Notes under the pieces: model-generated
The model's input: only the letters and a program-made list of their open reading frames with translations
What the model was told of the DNA's origin: nothing
Database searches by the model: none
From: an uncultured Clostridia bacterium
GTDB lineage: Bacteria; Bacillota; Clostridia; TANB77; CAG-508
Length of the DNA stretch: 64,000 nucleotides
Direction: 5' to 3'
Assembly (NCBI GenBank): GCA_904381285.1
Contig: CAJFII010000006.1
Span: 5,801-69,800 of the forward strand
Shown here: one piece after another, positions 9,793-18,136 of the stretch
How positions within the stretch are numbered: the first letter of the stretch is position 1
Layout of the letters: every line of letters begins with the position of its first letter
Made by a program: the position numbers and the translations under genes

Positions 9793-9945
9793 TTATTCTT
9801 CTCCGCGAAGATGAGATGGCATGCGGTGTTCTTTTCTGACGCAGGTGTCAACACCATGTGTCAACTTCACCAAATTTTCTCCTACTTTTTCCGCATGAGT
9901 TTCCTCATATGGATAATGTCTTTCCCTGTTGTCGTCGTTTTTCAT
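9793..9945 (-). CDS. small (50 aa) charged protein of unknown function
   Basis: GGAGGT Shine-Dalgarno 7 nt upstream of the ATG at 9945. Sequence MKNDDNRERHYPYEETHAEKVGENLVKLTHGVDTCVRKEHRMPSHLRGEE. Locally GC-richer than its surroundings. Confidence 0.5.
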   Translation of the reverse strand: MKNDDNRERHYPYEETHAEKVGENLVKLTHGVDTCVRKEHRMPSHLRGEE

Positions 9946-10054
9946 CTTTTTTACCTCCACGTTATATTTTAGCACTATATTGAAGCATTTGTGCTATAAA
10001 TATATTATCACTTTATAAGAAATTTAGCAATACATTTTACATAAAATTCTTGTT

Positions 10055-10579
10055 TTATAAAATCACTTTACAACCTTTCCGAGGTATTCCTACAACAGTA
10101 CAATTATCTTCTATGTGCTTTGTTACTACTGCATTTGCTCCTATTTTCACATTATCTCCTATCTTAATTGGTCCTAAAATTTTGGCTCCACATCCAACCA
10201 TTACATTATTCCCTATATCTGGGTGTCTTTTATATTTGTCTTTTCCTGTTCCCCCTAAAGTAACACCATGATAAATTGTACAATCATCTCCTATTGTCGT
10301 TGTTTCTCCAATTACAATTCCCATTCCATGGTCAATAAATAATCTTTTTCCAATTTTTGCTCCAGGATGTATTTCAATCCCTGTAAAGAATCTTGCTATT
10401 TGTGATACCAATCTTGCTAAAAAAAATAATTTATGTTTATATAAAAAATGTCCAAATCTATAAAAAATTAATATATGAAATCCCTGATACAATAAAATTA
10501 CATACCATATATTTTTTGCCGCTGGATCTTTTTTCTGTATATTTTTTGCATCTTCGTATAATTCTTTTAATATTTTCAT
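10055..10579 (-). CDS. cysE: serine O-acetyltransferase
   Basis: Hexapeptide-repeat left-handed beta-helix pattern ([44 protein letters not shown]). 174 aa. Confidence 0.85.
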   Translation of the reverse strand: MKILKELYEDAKNIQKKDPAAKNIWYVILLYQGFHILIFYRFGHFLYKHKLFFLARLVSQIARFFTGIEIHPGAKIGKRLFIDHGMGIVIGETTTIGDDCTIYHGVTLGGTGKDKYKRHPDIGNNVMVGCGAKILGPIKIGDNVKIGANAVVTKHIEDNCTVVGIPRKGCKVIL

Positions 10580-10710
10580 AAAACCACCTACTTTAATATA
10601 TGAAATTACATTTATTGGTGTGATTTCATATATTAAACTCTATCTTTTATATATAGTCTTAAACAATATATAAAATTTGCATTTATAATATATTGGTAAA
10701 ATTTGGTAGT

Positions 10711-11020
10711 GACTAAGGCCTGTTGCGGAAAGGATGTTTTTGAAATGGTTAATTTAAGATATTTGGCTTCAGTTTTAAAACCTGAGCTTTGTAATGGCTC
10801 AAAAGGCACAATAAAAAAAAGTCTGTTTTTAAATGACGACGACATAAATCTTCTTACAGCAAATGGTTGTGTATTAAGCATACACTCCGATGATATTGTT
10901 GGAAGATATAACGTTGAATTTGATAGACAGCATTTATTAAACTTTTGTAACTAGTAATTAGGTCAGAAACAACAGGCTTTTAGTCTATACCTTTCTTAGG
11001 TATAGACTAACTTTTTTGTT
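10711..11020 (+). promoter_or_regulatory. structured 5' leader (attenuator/riboswitch-like) upstream of asnB
   Basis: Long-range complementarity between 10711-10725 (GACTAAGGCCTGTTG) and 10970-10985 (CAACAGGCTTTTAGTC). The 3' arm overlaps the 5' arm of the terminator at 10981-11020. Class not identified. Confidence 0.55.
10981..11020 (+). terminator. intrinsic terminator inside the asnB leader
   Basis: TAGTCTATACC / GGTATAGACTA 11-bp stem followed by ACTTTTTTGTT, about 80 nt upstream of the asnB start. Confidence 0.75.
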
Positions 11021-11101
11021 ACCTTTTTTTAGAAACTGCATATAATAACAAGTAATAAAATTAATCTTGTAATTTTTATTTATAGTATTGGAGTGAATAA
11101 A

Positions 11102-12949
11102 ATGTGTGGTTTAGTTGGTTTTGTGAACTTAAAACATGATATATCCAATAAAAAGGATATTTTAACGCATATGACAAAAACTTTATCGAAACGTGGCCCT
11201 GATGAAGAAAATTTTTATATTAATAAAAATATACTTTTAGGTCATCGTAGGCTAATTATTATCGACCCCGAAAATGGTCATCAACCTATGTGTGCTATTT
11301 ATAATGATAACACTTACATAATTGCATATAATGGTCAATTATATAATACTTCTGAAATTAGAAAAGAACTCTTAGATAATGGCTATAGATTTGATGGTTA
11401 TAGTGATACAGAAGTAATTTTAAAGGCTTTTATACATTATGGTTATAATGTTGTAAAAAAACTTAATGGTATTTTTAGTTTTGTTATATGGAACGAAAAT
11501 AAAAAAGAACTATTCATGGCAAGAGATCATTTTGGAATAAAACCGTTATACTATACTCTTGTAGATGATAATTTAATATTTGCCTCTGAAGTAAAAGCCA
11601 TAAAAGAACATCCTTTAGTTGAACTTAAATTAGATTCTACTAGTATTGGTGAACTAATAGGAATTGGCCCAGCACATACTCCTGGAACAAGTATCTTTAA
11701 GAACATTTATGAAATAAAACCGGCTCATTTCGCTATATACAATAAAGATGGATTTCGTATAGAAGAATATTGGAGGTTAGAAAGTAAACCTCATACAGAT
11801 GATTTTGAAACAACTTGTAAAACAGTCCATTATTTATTAGAAGATGCTATTAAAAGACAATTGGTATCTGATGTTCCTCTTTGTGCAATGCTTTCAGGTG
11901 GTCTTGATTCTAGTATTATCACTGCATATATTGCTAATTACTATAAGGAAAAGAATTTACCTAAGCTAGATACCTATTCAGTTGATTATGTCGATAATGA
12001 TAAAAACTTTGTAAAAAGTGATTTTCAACCTAATTCAGATAATTATTATATTGATTTAATGCTTAAAAATTTTGATACAAATCATCATAAAGTTATCATA
12101 GATACGCCAGAACTTGCCAAAGCGTTGGAAGATGCTATGATTGCACGTGATTTTCCTGGCATGGCTGATGTAGATTCTTCTTTATTATTATTTTGTAAAA
12201 GCATAAAAGAAAATGCTACTGTTGCTATTTCTGGTGAATGTTCTGATGAAATTTTTGCAGGGTACCCATGGTTTTTCCGTGAAGATGCATTGAAAAGTAA
12301 TACTTTCCCATGGTCTATTGCATTAAACGAAAGGCAAAATTTATTAAATAAAGATATATCTAATAAAATTAATTTAAAAGAATATATTGATTTTAGATAT
12401 AAAGAAAGTTTAGACAATGTAGAAATATTAGACTGTGATTCCAAAGAAACTGCAGAAAAAAGGAAAATATCTTATTTAACTTTAAACTGGTTTATGCAAA
12501 CATTATTAGACAGGTCTGATAGAATGTCTATGTACAACGGCTTAGAATTAAGAGTACCTTTCTGTGATTACAGGTTAGTTGAATATATGTGGAATGTTCC
12601 TTGGGAAATAAAAGCTTTAAATGGAAGAGAAAAAGGATTACTTCGTTATGTAGTACGTGATTTACTTCCTGATGAAATTGTTAATAGGAAAAAGAGTCCT
12701 TATCCCAAAACACATAATCCTACTTATTTAAATACTGTAAAGCAAATGTTATCTGAAATAATGAAAAATCCAAATGCTCCTATCAATAATTTACTAAATA
12801 AAGAATATATATTGGAAATTATACAAACAAATGGAAATGCATTTACTAGACCTTGGTTCGGTCAGTTAATGACTGGACCTCAGCTTATGGCTTATCTTTG
12901 CCAAGTAAATATGTGGCTTGAGAAGTATGAGCCTAAAATCGAAATATAA
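11102..12949 (+). CDS. asnB: asparagine synthase (glutamine-hydrolysing)
   Basis: The Ntn-amidotransferase N-terminus MCG requires the ATG at 11102. The synthetase domain has the PP-loop SGGLDSS. Confidence 0.9.
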   Translation: MCGLVGFVNLKHDISNKKDILTHMTKTLSKRGPDEENFYINKNILLGHRRLIIIDPENGHQPMCAIYNDNTYIIAYNGQLYNTSEIRKELLDNGYRFDGYSDTEVILKAFIHYGYNVVKKLNGIFSFVIWNENKKELFMARDHFGIKPLYYTLVDDNLIFASEVKAIKEHPLVELKLDSTSIGELIGIGPAHTPGTSIFKNIYEIKPAHFAIYNKDGFRIEEYWRLESKPHTDDFETTCKTVHYLLEDAIKRQLVSDVPLCAMLSGGLDSSIITAYIANYYKEKNLPKLDTYSVDYVDNDKNFVKSDFQPNSDNYYIDLMLKNFDTNHHKVIIDTPELAKALEDAMIARDFPGMADVDSSLLLFCKSIKENATVAISGECSDEIFAGYPWFFREDALKSNTFPWSIALNERQNLLNKDISNKINLKEYIDFRYKESLDNVEILDCDSKETAEKRKISYLTLNWFMQTLLDRSDRMSMYNGLELRVPFCDYRLVEYMWNVPWEIKALNGREKGLLRYVVRDLLPDEIVNRKKSPYPKTHNPTYLNTVKQMLSEIMKNPNAPINNLLNKEYILEIIQTNGNAFTRPWFGQLMTGPQLMAYLCQVNMWLEKYEPKIEI

Positions 12950-12957
12950 AATGTTTT

Positions 12958-12987
12958 AGAGGTCGCAATTAGCGACCTCTGCTTTTG
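12958..12987. terminator. terminator after asnB (possibly bidirectional)
   Basis: AGAGGTCGC / GCGACCTCT 9-bp stem, AATTA loop, then GCTTTTG. Confidence 0.7.
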
Positions 12988-13006
12988 TAACAGTTCAATT
13001 ACTTCA

Positions 13007-13141
13007 TCACATGGCAGAAATCACAAATAATCCAATTATTAAAATCACACCTGCAAAATCAGCGTTATCTTTCCAAGCCATGATTCCTGCCACAATTGCC
13101 ACACATACACATGCGACAATTTTTAAAACAATAATCTCCAT
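13007..13141 (-). CDS. small (44 aa) hydrophobic peptide, not in the ORF track
   Basis: AGGAGG Shine-Dalgarno 7 nt upstream of the ATG at 13141. Sequence MEIIVLKIVACVCVAIVAGIMAWKDNADFAGVILIIGLFVISAM has two hydrophobic segments. Confidence 0.5.
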   Translation of the reverse strand: MEIIVLKIVACVCVAIVAGIMAWKDNADFAGVILIIGLFVISAM

Positions 13142-13302
13142 TTTTTTCCTCCTGCCAATTTGGCTTTCTAAAATAAGTTAACGAGTTGCAATTTATTTAT
13201 ACTGCTCTTACATTAGAACAGGAATTTCTTAAACATAATCATATTGAATATATTAACATAATTATTATAAGATTTCAACTATCCCCATTCATTTTATCTA
13301 TA

Positions 13303-13330
13303 ATTCTAGAATTTACTTTTCGACAGTCAA
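13303..13330 (-). promoter_or_regulatory. putative sigmaA-type promoter upstream of the small hydrophobic ORF
   Basis: Minus strand reads TTGACT-16 nt-TAGAAT, about 150 nt upstream of the ORF. Confidence 0.4.
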
Positions 13331-13413
13331 TAATTGATAATCAGCTTTTATCTTATTTGTGGCAGATATATGGTAATTTTATTAGTTACAATATTTGAAA
13401 CAAAAAGAAGCCA

Positions 13414-14472
13414 TCACAGGCTTCCTTTTGTTTCAATAAAGTATTTCGGAATGATGATTCTCATTTTCATTATAATCTGCCAAGGTGTTGCAGGAAACCA
13501 TTGTCCAGAGGGGACTTCTTTTTCTAACAATAATACCGACTCCGCATATGCTTTTGCATATAAGTTCATTAGCATATACTGAATTTCTACAGTATTATGG
13601 ATATTGATGGTTTTATAGATTTTTGCAATATAATCATAATACTTTATTGTTTTACCTTCAAAAGTTATTGTCTCATATATTGCTCTTATATCCTTTAATT
13701 CATCAGCTTCCTGAGAATTATGGGATTTTGTTAGATGTCCTATCTGGTCACCCAATGAATTTACAGCTACTTCAATAAGTTCCTTAAATTCCTTATAAAA
13801 TTGTTCTGTTTGAAAATCCATATTTGGTTTTACATCATAAAGAACTTGTTCTCTTAAAATTCTCCCCACATAAAAGAATAAAGCATCAATTGCTACACAA
13901 TATTCTGCTTTTTGAATTTTAAGAACGACTTTTCTACATTTGTAATAGAATTCACTAAAAAAACTCATCAGAACTAATGCATAAAGCATTTCATTTTCTT
14001 TAAAAAAACCTTCTACTAGTATTATACCTTTCCTACAAATGATTTGTATTCTTCCATTATCTAGCTTTGTATTTATCGTAAAAGAATCTATGACATCTAA
14101 TATTTCAAAAATTCTTTTATCTTGCAATGCCAATTTTTGAAGTTCTTCTCTTACATAATTCAATGCATTTTCTAGTTCCTGCGCTTTTTGTATAGAAATA
14201 TTATAATTATTAGTAATCGAGTTGTCTTTATGTTCTATCTCCATAGGAATCGAGTTATCTTTAGGTTCTATCCCCAAAAGTTGATTTGCATCAATATTAA
14301 ATACTTGGTAGATTTTACAAACTATATTAGGATCTATTCTTTTTGTTTTGCCTCTTTCTATTTTACTTAACGTACTTTGTGGAATTCCTAGTATTTTCGA
14401 AAATTCGAGACCTTTTAAACCTTTTTCTTTCCGAACATTTTTCAATATTTCTCCAAAATTATTTGACATCAT
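13414..14472 (-). CDS. XRE-family HTH regulator with large uncharacterised C-terminal domain
   Basis: N-terminal HTH_3 pattern (LKGLEFSKILGIPQSTLSKIERGKT) followed by about 280 aa with no recognised family. AGGAGG Shine-Dalgarno present. Confidence 0.75.
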   Translation of the reverse strand: MMSNNFGEILKNVRKEKGLKGLEFSKILGIPQSTLSKIERGKTKRIDPNIVCKIYQVFNIDANQLLGIEPKDNSIPMEIEHKDNSITNNYNISIQKAQELENALNYVREELQKLALQDKRIFEILDVIDSFTINTKLDNGRIQIICRKGIILVEGFFKENEMLYALVLMSFFSEFYYKCRKVVLKIQKAEYCVAIDALFFYVGRILREQVLYDVKPNMDFQTEQFYKEFKELIEVAVNSLGDQIGHLTKSHNSQEADELKDIRAIYETITFEGKTIKYYDYIAKIYKTINIHNTVEIQYMLMNLYAKAYAESVLLLEKEVPSGQWFPATPWQIIMKMRIIIPKYFIETKGSL

Positions 14473-14487
14473 ATTGTCCTCCTAATT

Positions 14488-14531
14488 ATGTATTTTCAAT
14501 ACATTATACCTAATAGATTACATAATGTCAA
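14488..14531 (-). promoter_or_regulatory. consensus sigmaA promoter plus palindromic candidate operator of the XRE gene
   Basis: Minus strand reads TTGACA-17 nt-TATAAT (14526-14531 / 14503-14508). The palindrome ATGTATT-N3-AATACAT at 14488-14504 overlaps the -10/+1 region. Confidence 0.6.
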
Positions 14532-14581
14532 GTCGTTCGTTATCAATTGCATCTATGATGGTTTGAAATCCTTAAAATTCA

Positions 14582-15082
14582 CTAGAATTTGCCTTGCTCT
14601 AAATCTAAAAGTTTTTGCTTTACCTTTATTCCTCCAGCATAACCTACTAAATCACCATTTTTTCCAATCACTCTATGGCAAGGTACAATAATCATAATAG
14701 GATTTTTATTGTTAGCACCTCCTACCGCTCTACATGCTTTAGGATTTCCTATTTTTTCTGCAATATCTTTATATGTACATGTTTTTCCATATGGAATTTG
14801 AATTAATGCATCCCATACTCTTTTTTGAAATTCTGTTCCTTCTAATTTTATAGGAATATCAAAACTTTTTCTCTTCTTACTAAAATATTCCATAATTTCT
14901 TCATATGTTTTTCTTATTAATTTAGTTTCTATTTCTTCTACAGTATCGCTATCTTTTCCCACATGAATCTCTGTTATATATCCATCATTTTCTTTAATAC
15001 ACATTATTCCAACTGGTGTTTTATAATAATATTTATACATATTTATTATCTCCTTATCTATTAACTTTATTTTTTCTTCCAT
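14582..15082 (-). CDS. ogt: methylated-DNA--protein-cysteine methyltransferase
   Basis: Active-site PCHRV motif. The C-terminal DNA-binding domain pattern is AVGGANNKNPIMIIVPCHRVIG. Confidence 0.9.
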   Translation of the reverse strand: MEEKIKLIDKEIINMYKYYYKTPVGIMCIKENDGYITEIHVGKDSDTVEEIETKLIRKTYEEIMEYFSKKRKSFDIPIKLEGTEFQKRVWDALIQIPYGKTCTYKDIAEKIGNPKACRAVGGANNKNPIMIIVPCHRVIGKNGDLVGYAGGIKVKQKLLDLEQGKF

Positions 15083-15492
15083 TCCATATCATATTCTACT
15101 TCTTTTGTAGTACTATCTATTTTTTTACCTATTATTTTAAATTTCTCTCTATTATAAAATCTTATTGCATTATAATTTTTTTCATATACATTTAACGATA
15201 ATTTTGGATATTTTTCTTTACAGTAATCTAATAATTTTTTTCCTATTCCTTTTGATTGATGTTCTTCTTTTACGAATATTCCTTCAATATACCCATTTCT
15301 AATGCCTATAAATCCATAAATATTATCTTCCTCTTCATAAACATATATTTCAGATTTGGGTAATTCATTTTTTACAAATTCATAATTATTCATCCAATAT
15401 TTTTTAGGTATAAAATTATGTGCAGATATATTTGTTTTTAACCAAATCTCCATAACAATATTTATATCTTTTTCTTTTAATTTTCTTATCAT
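15067..15492 (-). CDS. GNAT-family N-acetyltransferase
   Basis: Acetyl-CoA binding pattern FVKEEHQSKGIGKKLL. The ATG at 15492 is preferred over the GTG at 15531. It overlaps the ogt start by 16 nt. Confidence 0.75.
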   Translation of the reverse strand: MIRKLKEKDINIVMEIWLKTNISAHNFIPKKYWMNNYEFVKNELPKSEIYVYEEEDNIYGFIGIRNGYIEGIFVKEEHQSKGIGKKLLDYCKEKYPKLSLNVYEKNYNAIRFYNREKFKIIGKKIDSTTKEVEYDMEWKKK

Positions 15493-15626
15493 TTTTTCTA
15501 CTTCTTTCTTATAATTAATTTTTATTTGCACTTATTATAACATATAAACATATTAAATTTCATTATTTAATAAAATAAGCTCAAATATTAGATTTTTCAT
15601 TTTTATCTAACAATTTGAGCTTTGAT

Positions 15627-15655
15627 TGAACTTTAAGGAACGTCCCTAAAGTTCA
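15627..15655. repeat. 29-nt palindromic element, copy B (TGAACTTTAAGGAACGTCCCTAAAGTTCA)
   Basis: One mismatch to copy A at 68-96. It contains the last codons and the TAG stop of the acyl-CoA ligase gene. Confidence 0.7.
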
Positions 15656-17370
15656 TTTGACATTATTTTTTTAAATTCTTCATTTCTTTTTACTTTTTGA
15701 GTATTGGTTTTTATTAATGGTTCTTTTGTTAAAATCATATTTTTTATATATTTATATTGTGGTAGTGTTTTGTTTATTTCCTTAATTTTTGACCATATTG
15801 TTTTATATAATTCTTCTTCATTTATGTCACCATATTTTTGTTTTACTTCTTCTTCATTATATACAACTTTTATTGAAATTTTTACGTCATTTTTATCTTC
15901 TTTGCTTGGCATACCATACACAAATGATTCTTCTATTTCTTCTAATCTATTTACTAATGTTTCTAATTCTTCTGGAAAAACTTTTTTACCATTTTTTAAT
16001 ACTATCATATCTTTTCTTCTTCCAGTTATAAATAAACATCCATCTTTATCAATATACCCTAAATCACCTGTATAGAACCAACCATCTTTTAATACTTCAT
16101 TTGTTTGTTCTTCATTTTTGTAATATCCAAGCATTACATTTGGACCTTTTACGCGTATTTCTCCTATTCCATTTTCATCTTTATTAACGATTTCAACTTC
16201 TACATGTTTTAGTGGTACTCCTACTGACCCAGATTTCAAACAATAATCATTTTCAGCAGCTATAACTGGAGATGTTTCTGTTAATCCATATCCTTGTACT
16301 AGTCTCATTCCTAACTCATTGAAGCCTATTGCTACTTTTTTATCTAGTGGTGCTCCTCCTGATATGACAAATCTCATTTTACCACCTAGTCCGTCTATTA
16401 CTTGTTTAAATATTTTTCTTCTTACATCGATATGTAGTTTTAATAAGAAATTTGATATTTTTATTGCATATTTTATTAATTTTTCTTTTCCTTGATTTTT
16501 TATTTCTTTTTGTATATTAGAATACATTTTATCTACTAATAGTGGCACTCCAACAAATACAGATACTTGATATTCTTTTAAATTTTGTTTTATATATTTT
16601 AATCCATCTGGAAATACTGTTTTTACTCCTGCTGCAATCATTACAACCATTGCAGTTGATCCAAATATATGATGGTATGGTAAAAATGCAATATTTACAT
16701 CATTATCGTAAAAAGTTTCAACCATTAACATATCTTGAACATTTACTGCAATTCCTTTTTGATTTAACATAACAGCTTTTGATTTTGAAGTTGTACCTGA
16801 TGTAAAAAGTAATATACTCATTTTATCAGAATCTACTTCATGGTTTATATATTCTTTATTTCCACTTGATATTAACATTTTTCCTTTGTTTACTAGACTA
16901 TCAAAATCTTCAAATCCATCTGTTTTTTCCATACAGATGAAATATTTTATATTTGTTTTTCCTGATTGTTTTATTGTAGATATTAGTTCTTTTAACTTTT
17001 CACCAAATACAACCGCTTCTGCCTCACTTCTAATTAATGATTCTTCTAATTCTTCTAGTTGTAGTCCTTTGTCTAATGGAACACTAACTATCCCACCTAA
17101 CAAGTTACTTATATGACTAACAGCCCATTTATAGCTATTAACGCCTACCACAGCTACCCTTTTATCTTTTAATCCTAAGTCGTATAATGCTGTTCCAAAT
17201 GCATTTACATCTTCTAGTAAGTTTGCAAATGTATGATTTACATACTGATCCTTTCCAATTTTTGTAGTAAATGCTACATGATTCGGATATTGTTTTACTG
17301 AGTTATATACAATATCCTTCACATTTTTAAAATCTGGTACATTTCTAACTTTACTTTTTTCCATACTCAT
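15646..17370 (-). CDS. long-chain-fatty-acid--CoA ligase (AMP-forming acyl-CoA synthetase)
   Basis: AMP-binding motifs LFTSGTTSKSKAV, YGLTETS and GWFYTGDLG. 574 aa. Confidence 0.85.
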   Translation of the reverse strand: MSMEKSKVRNVPDFKNVKDIVYNSVKQYPNHVAFTTKIGKDQYVNHTFANLLEDVNAFGTALYDLGLKDKRVAVVGVNSYKWAVSHISNLLGGIVSVPLDKGLQLEELEESLIRSEAEAVVFGEKLKELISTIKQSGKTNIKYFICMEKTDGFEDFDSLVNKGKMLISSGNKEYINHEVDSDKMSILLFTSGTTSKSKAVMLNQKGIAVNVQDMLMVETFYDNDVNIAFLPYHHIFGSTAMVVMIAAGVKTVFPDGLKYIKQNLKEYQVSVFVGVPLLVDKMYSNIQKEIKNQGKEKLIKYAIKISNFLLKLHIDVRRKIFKQVIDGLGGKMRFVISGGAPLDKKVAIGFNELGMRLVQGYGLTETSPVIAAENDYCLKSGSVGVPLKHVEVEIVNKDENGIGEIRVKGPNVMLGYYKNEEQTNEVLKDGWFYTGDLGYIDKDGCLFITGRRKDMIVLKNGKKVFPEELETLVNRLEEIEESFVYGMPSKEDKNDVKISIKVVYNEEEVKQKYGDINEEELYKTIWSKIKEINKTLPQYKYIKNMILTKEPLIKTNTQKVKRNEEFKKIMSNEL

Positions 17371-17385
17371 TTAATTATCTCCTTT

Positions 17386-17406
17386 ATCTAGTTTACCAAA
17401 CTAGAT
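17386..17406. promoter_or_regulatory. perfect palindrome adjacent to the acyl-CoA ligase Shine-Dalgarno sequence (candidate operator or 5' UTR hairpin)
   Basis: ATCTAGTTT-ACC-AAACTAGAT with 9-bp arms, in the divergent intergenic region. Confidence 0.45.
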
Positions 17407-17486
17407 TATCATTTTAGATAAACTTTGTCAATGTATTTGACTAGGCATTCTAAAAATGTTAATATATATTAGGAAGTGATTGATTT

Positions 17487-18029
17487 ATGAGTAAAATTAT
17501 TGATAAAAAGGTGAAAAGTTCATTAGAAAATTTACATATTCCTACATGGAATGAATTACCTAATATAGACTTATATTTGGACCAAGTCGTAACACTTGTT
17601 AATTCTGTTCTTTCTCCTTATATATTTTTTAATAATGATAATAATAAAGATAATAATTTAGTTTTATCAAAAACCATGATAAACAACTATGTAAAAAATA
17701 ATTTAATAGATGCTCCTATAAAGAAAAAATATGGGAAAGTACAACTTGCAAAATTGTTTGTTATATGTGTTTTAAAACAAGTTTATAGTATGAATGATAT
17801 AAAAAGTTTAATCACTGTTGCATTAGAAGGCTCTGATATTGCATTTGCCTATAATCAATTTTGTAGGCAATTTAAAAAAGCTCTAAATTGTACAATTAAT
17901 AGAGATGATTTCATTGATATAGATTCTGCAAGTAATGATAATAAATATTTATTAAAGTCTGTACTATTATCTTGCAGTTATAAGATATATACAAATAATG
18001 TACTTAATAATTTAAAAGAGAATTATTAA
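17487..18029 (+). CDS. DUF1836 domain-containing protein
   Basis: WNELPNIDLYLDQVVTLV and LSKTMINNYVKNNLIDAPIKKKY match my recollection of DUF1836. Confidence 0.7.
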   Translation: MSKIIDKKVKSSLENLHIPTWNELPNIDLYLDQVVTLVNSVLSPYIFFNNDNNKDNNLVLSKTMINNYVKNNLIDAPIKKKYGKVQLAKLFVICVLKQVYSMNDIKSLITVALEGSDIAFAYNQFCRQFKKALNCTINRDDFIDIDSASNDNKYLLKSVLLSCSYKIYTNNVLNNLKENY

Positions 18030-18089
18030 TCTTTTTATTGTATAGGAAAAATCGACTTTTATATTGGACTCTTTTTAAATTAAAATTAT

Positions 18090-18135
18090 AAGCTAGTGAA
18101 GTTTAAAATTTTTAATCTCCACTAGCTTTTTGTTT
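18090..18135. terminator. terminator after the DUF1836 gene
   Basis: AAGCTAGTGAAG / CTCCACTAGCTT stem (one mismatch) followed by TTTTGTTT. Confidence 0.65.
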
Positions 18136-18136
18136 A

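Noticed and set aside
9617-9972. Plus-strand ORFs 9617-9814 and 9769-9972
   Set aside because: They have no ribosome-binding sites and implausible hydrophobic, low-complexity sequences. They lie antisense to the Shine-Dalgarno-supported small ORF at 9793-9945 and its stem-loop.
10633-10954. ORFs 10703-10954 (+, 83 aa) and 10633-10881 (-, 82 aa) in the cysE-asnB intergenic region
   Set aside because: The first starts at a TTG with no Shine-Dalgarno, and both span a region with strong RNA-structure signals and a terminator. The compositions do not look protein-like. Treated as leader RNA, although an internal ATG at 10745 with a weak AGGA cannot be fully excluded.
10580-11092. T-box riboswitch upstream of asnB (plus strand) or cysE (minus strand)
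   Set aside because: I found no GGGTGGTACC-like T-box sequence or UGGN antiterminator bulge on either strand. The only GGTGG in the region is the cysE Shine-Dalgarno. The element is reported as an unclassified leader instead.
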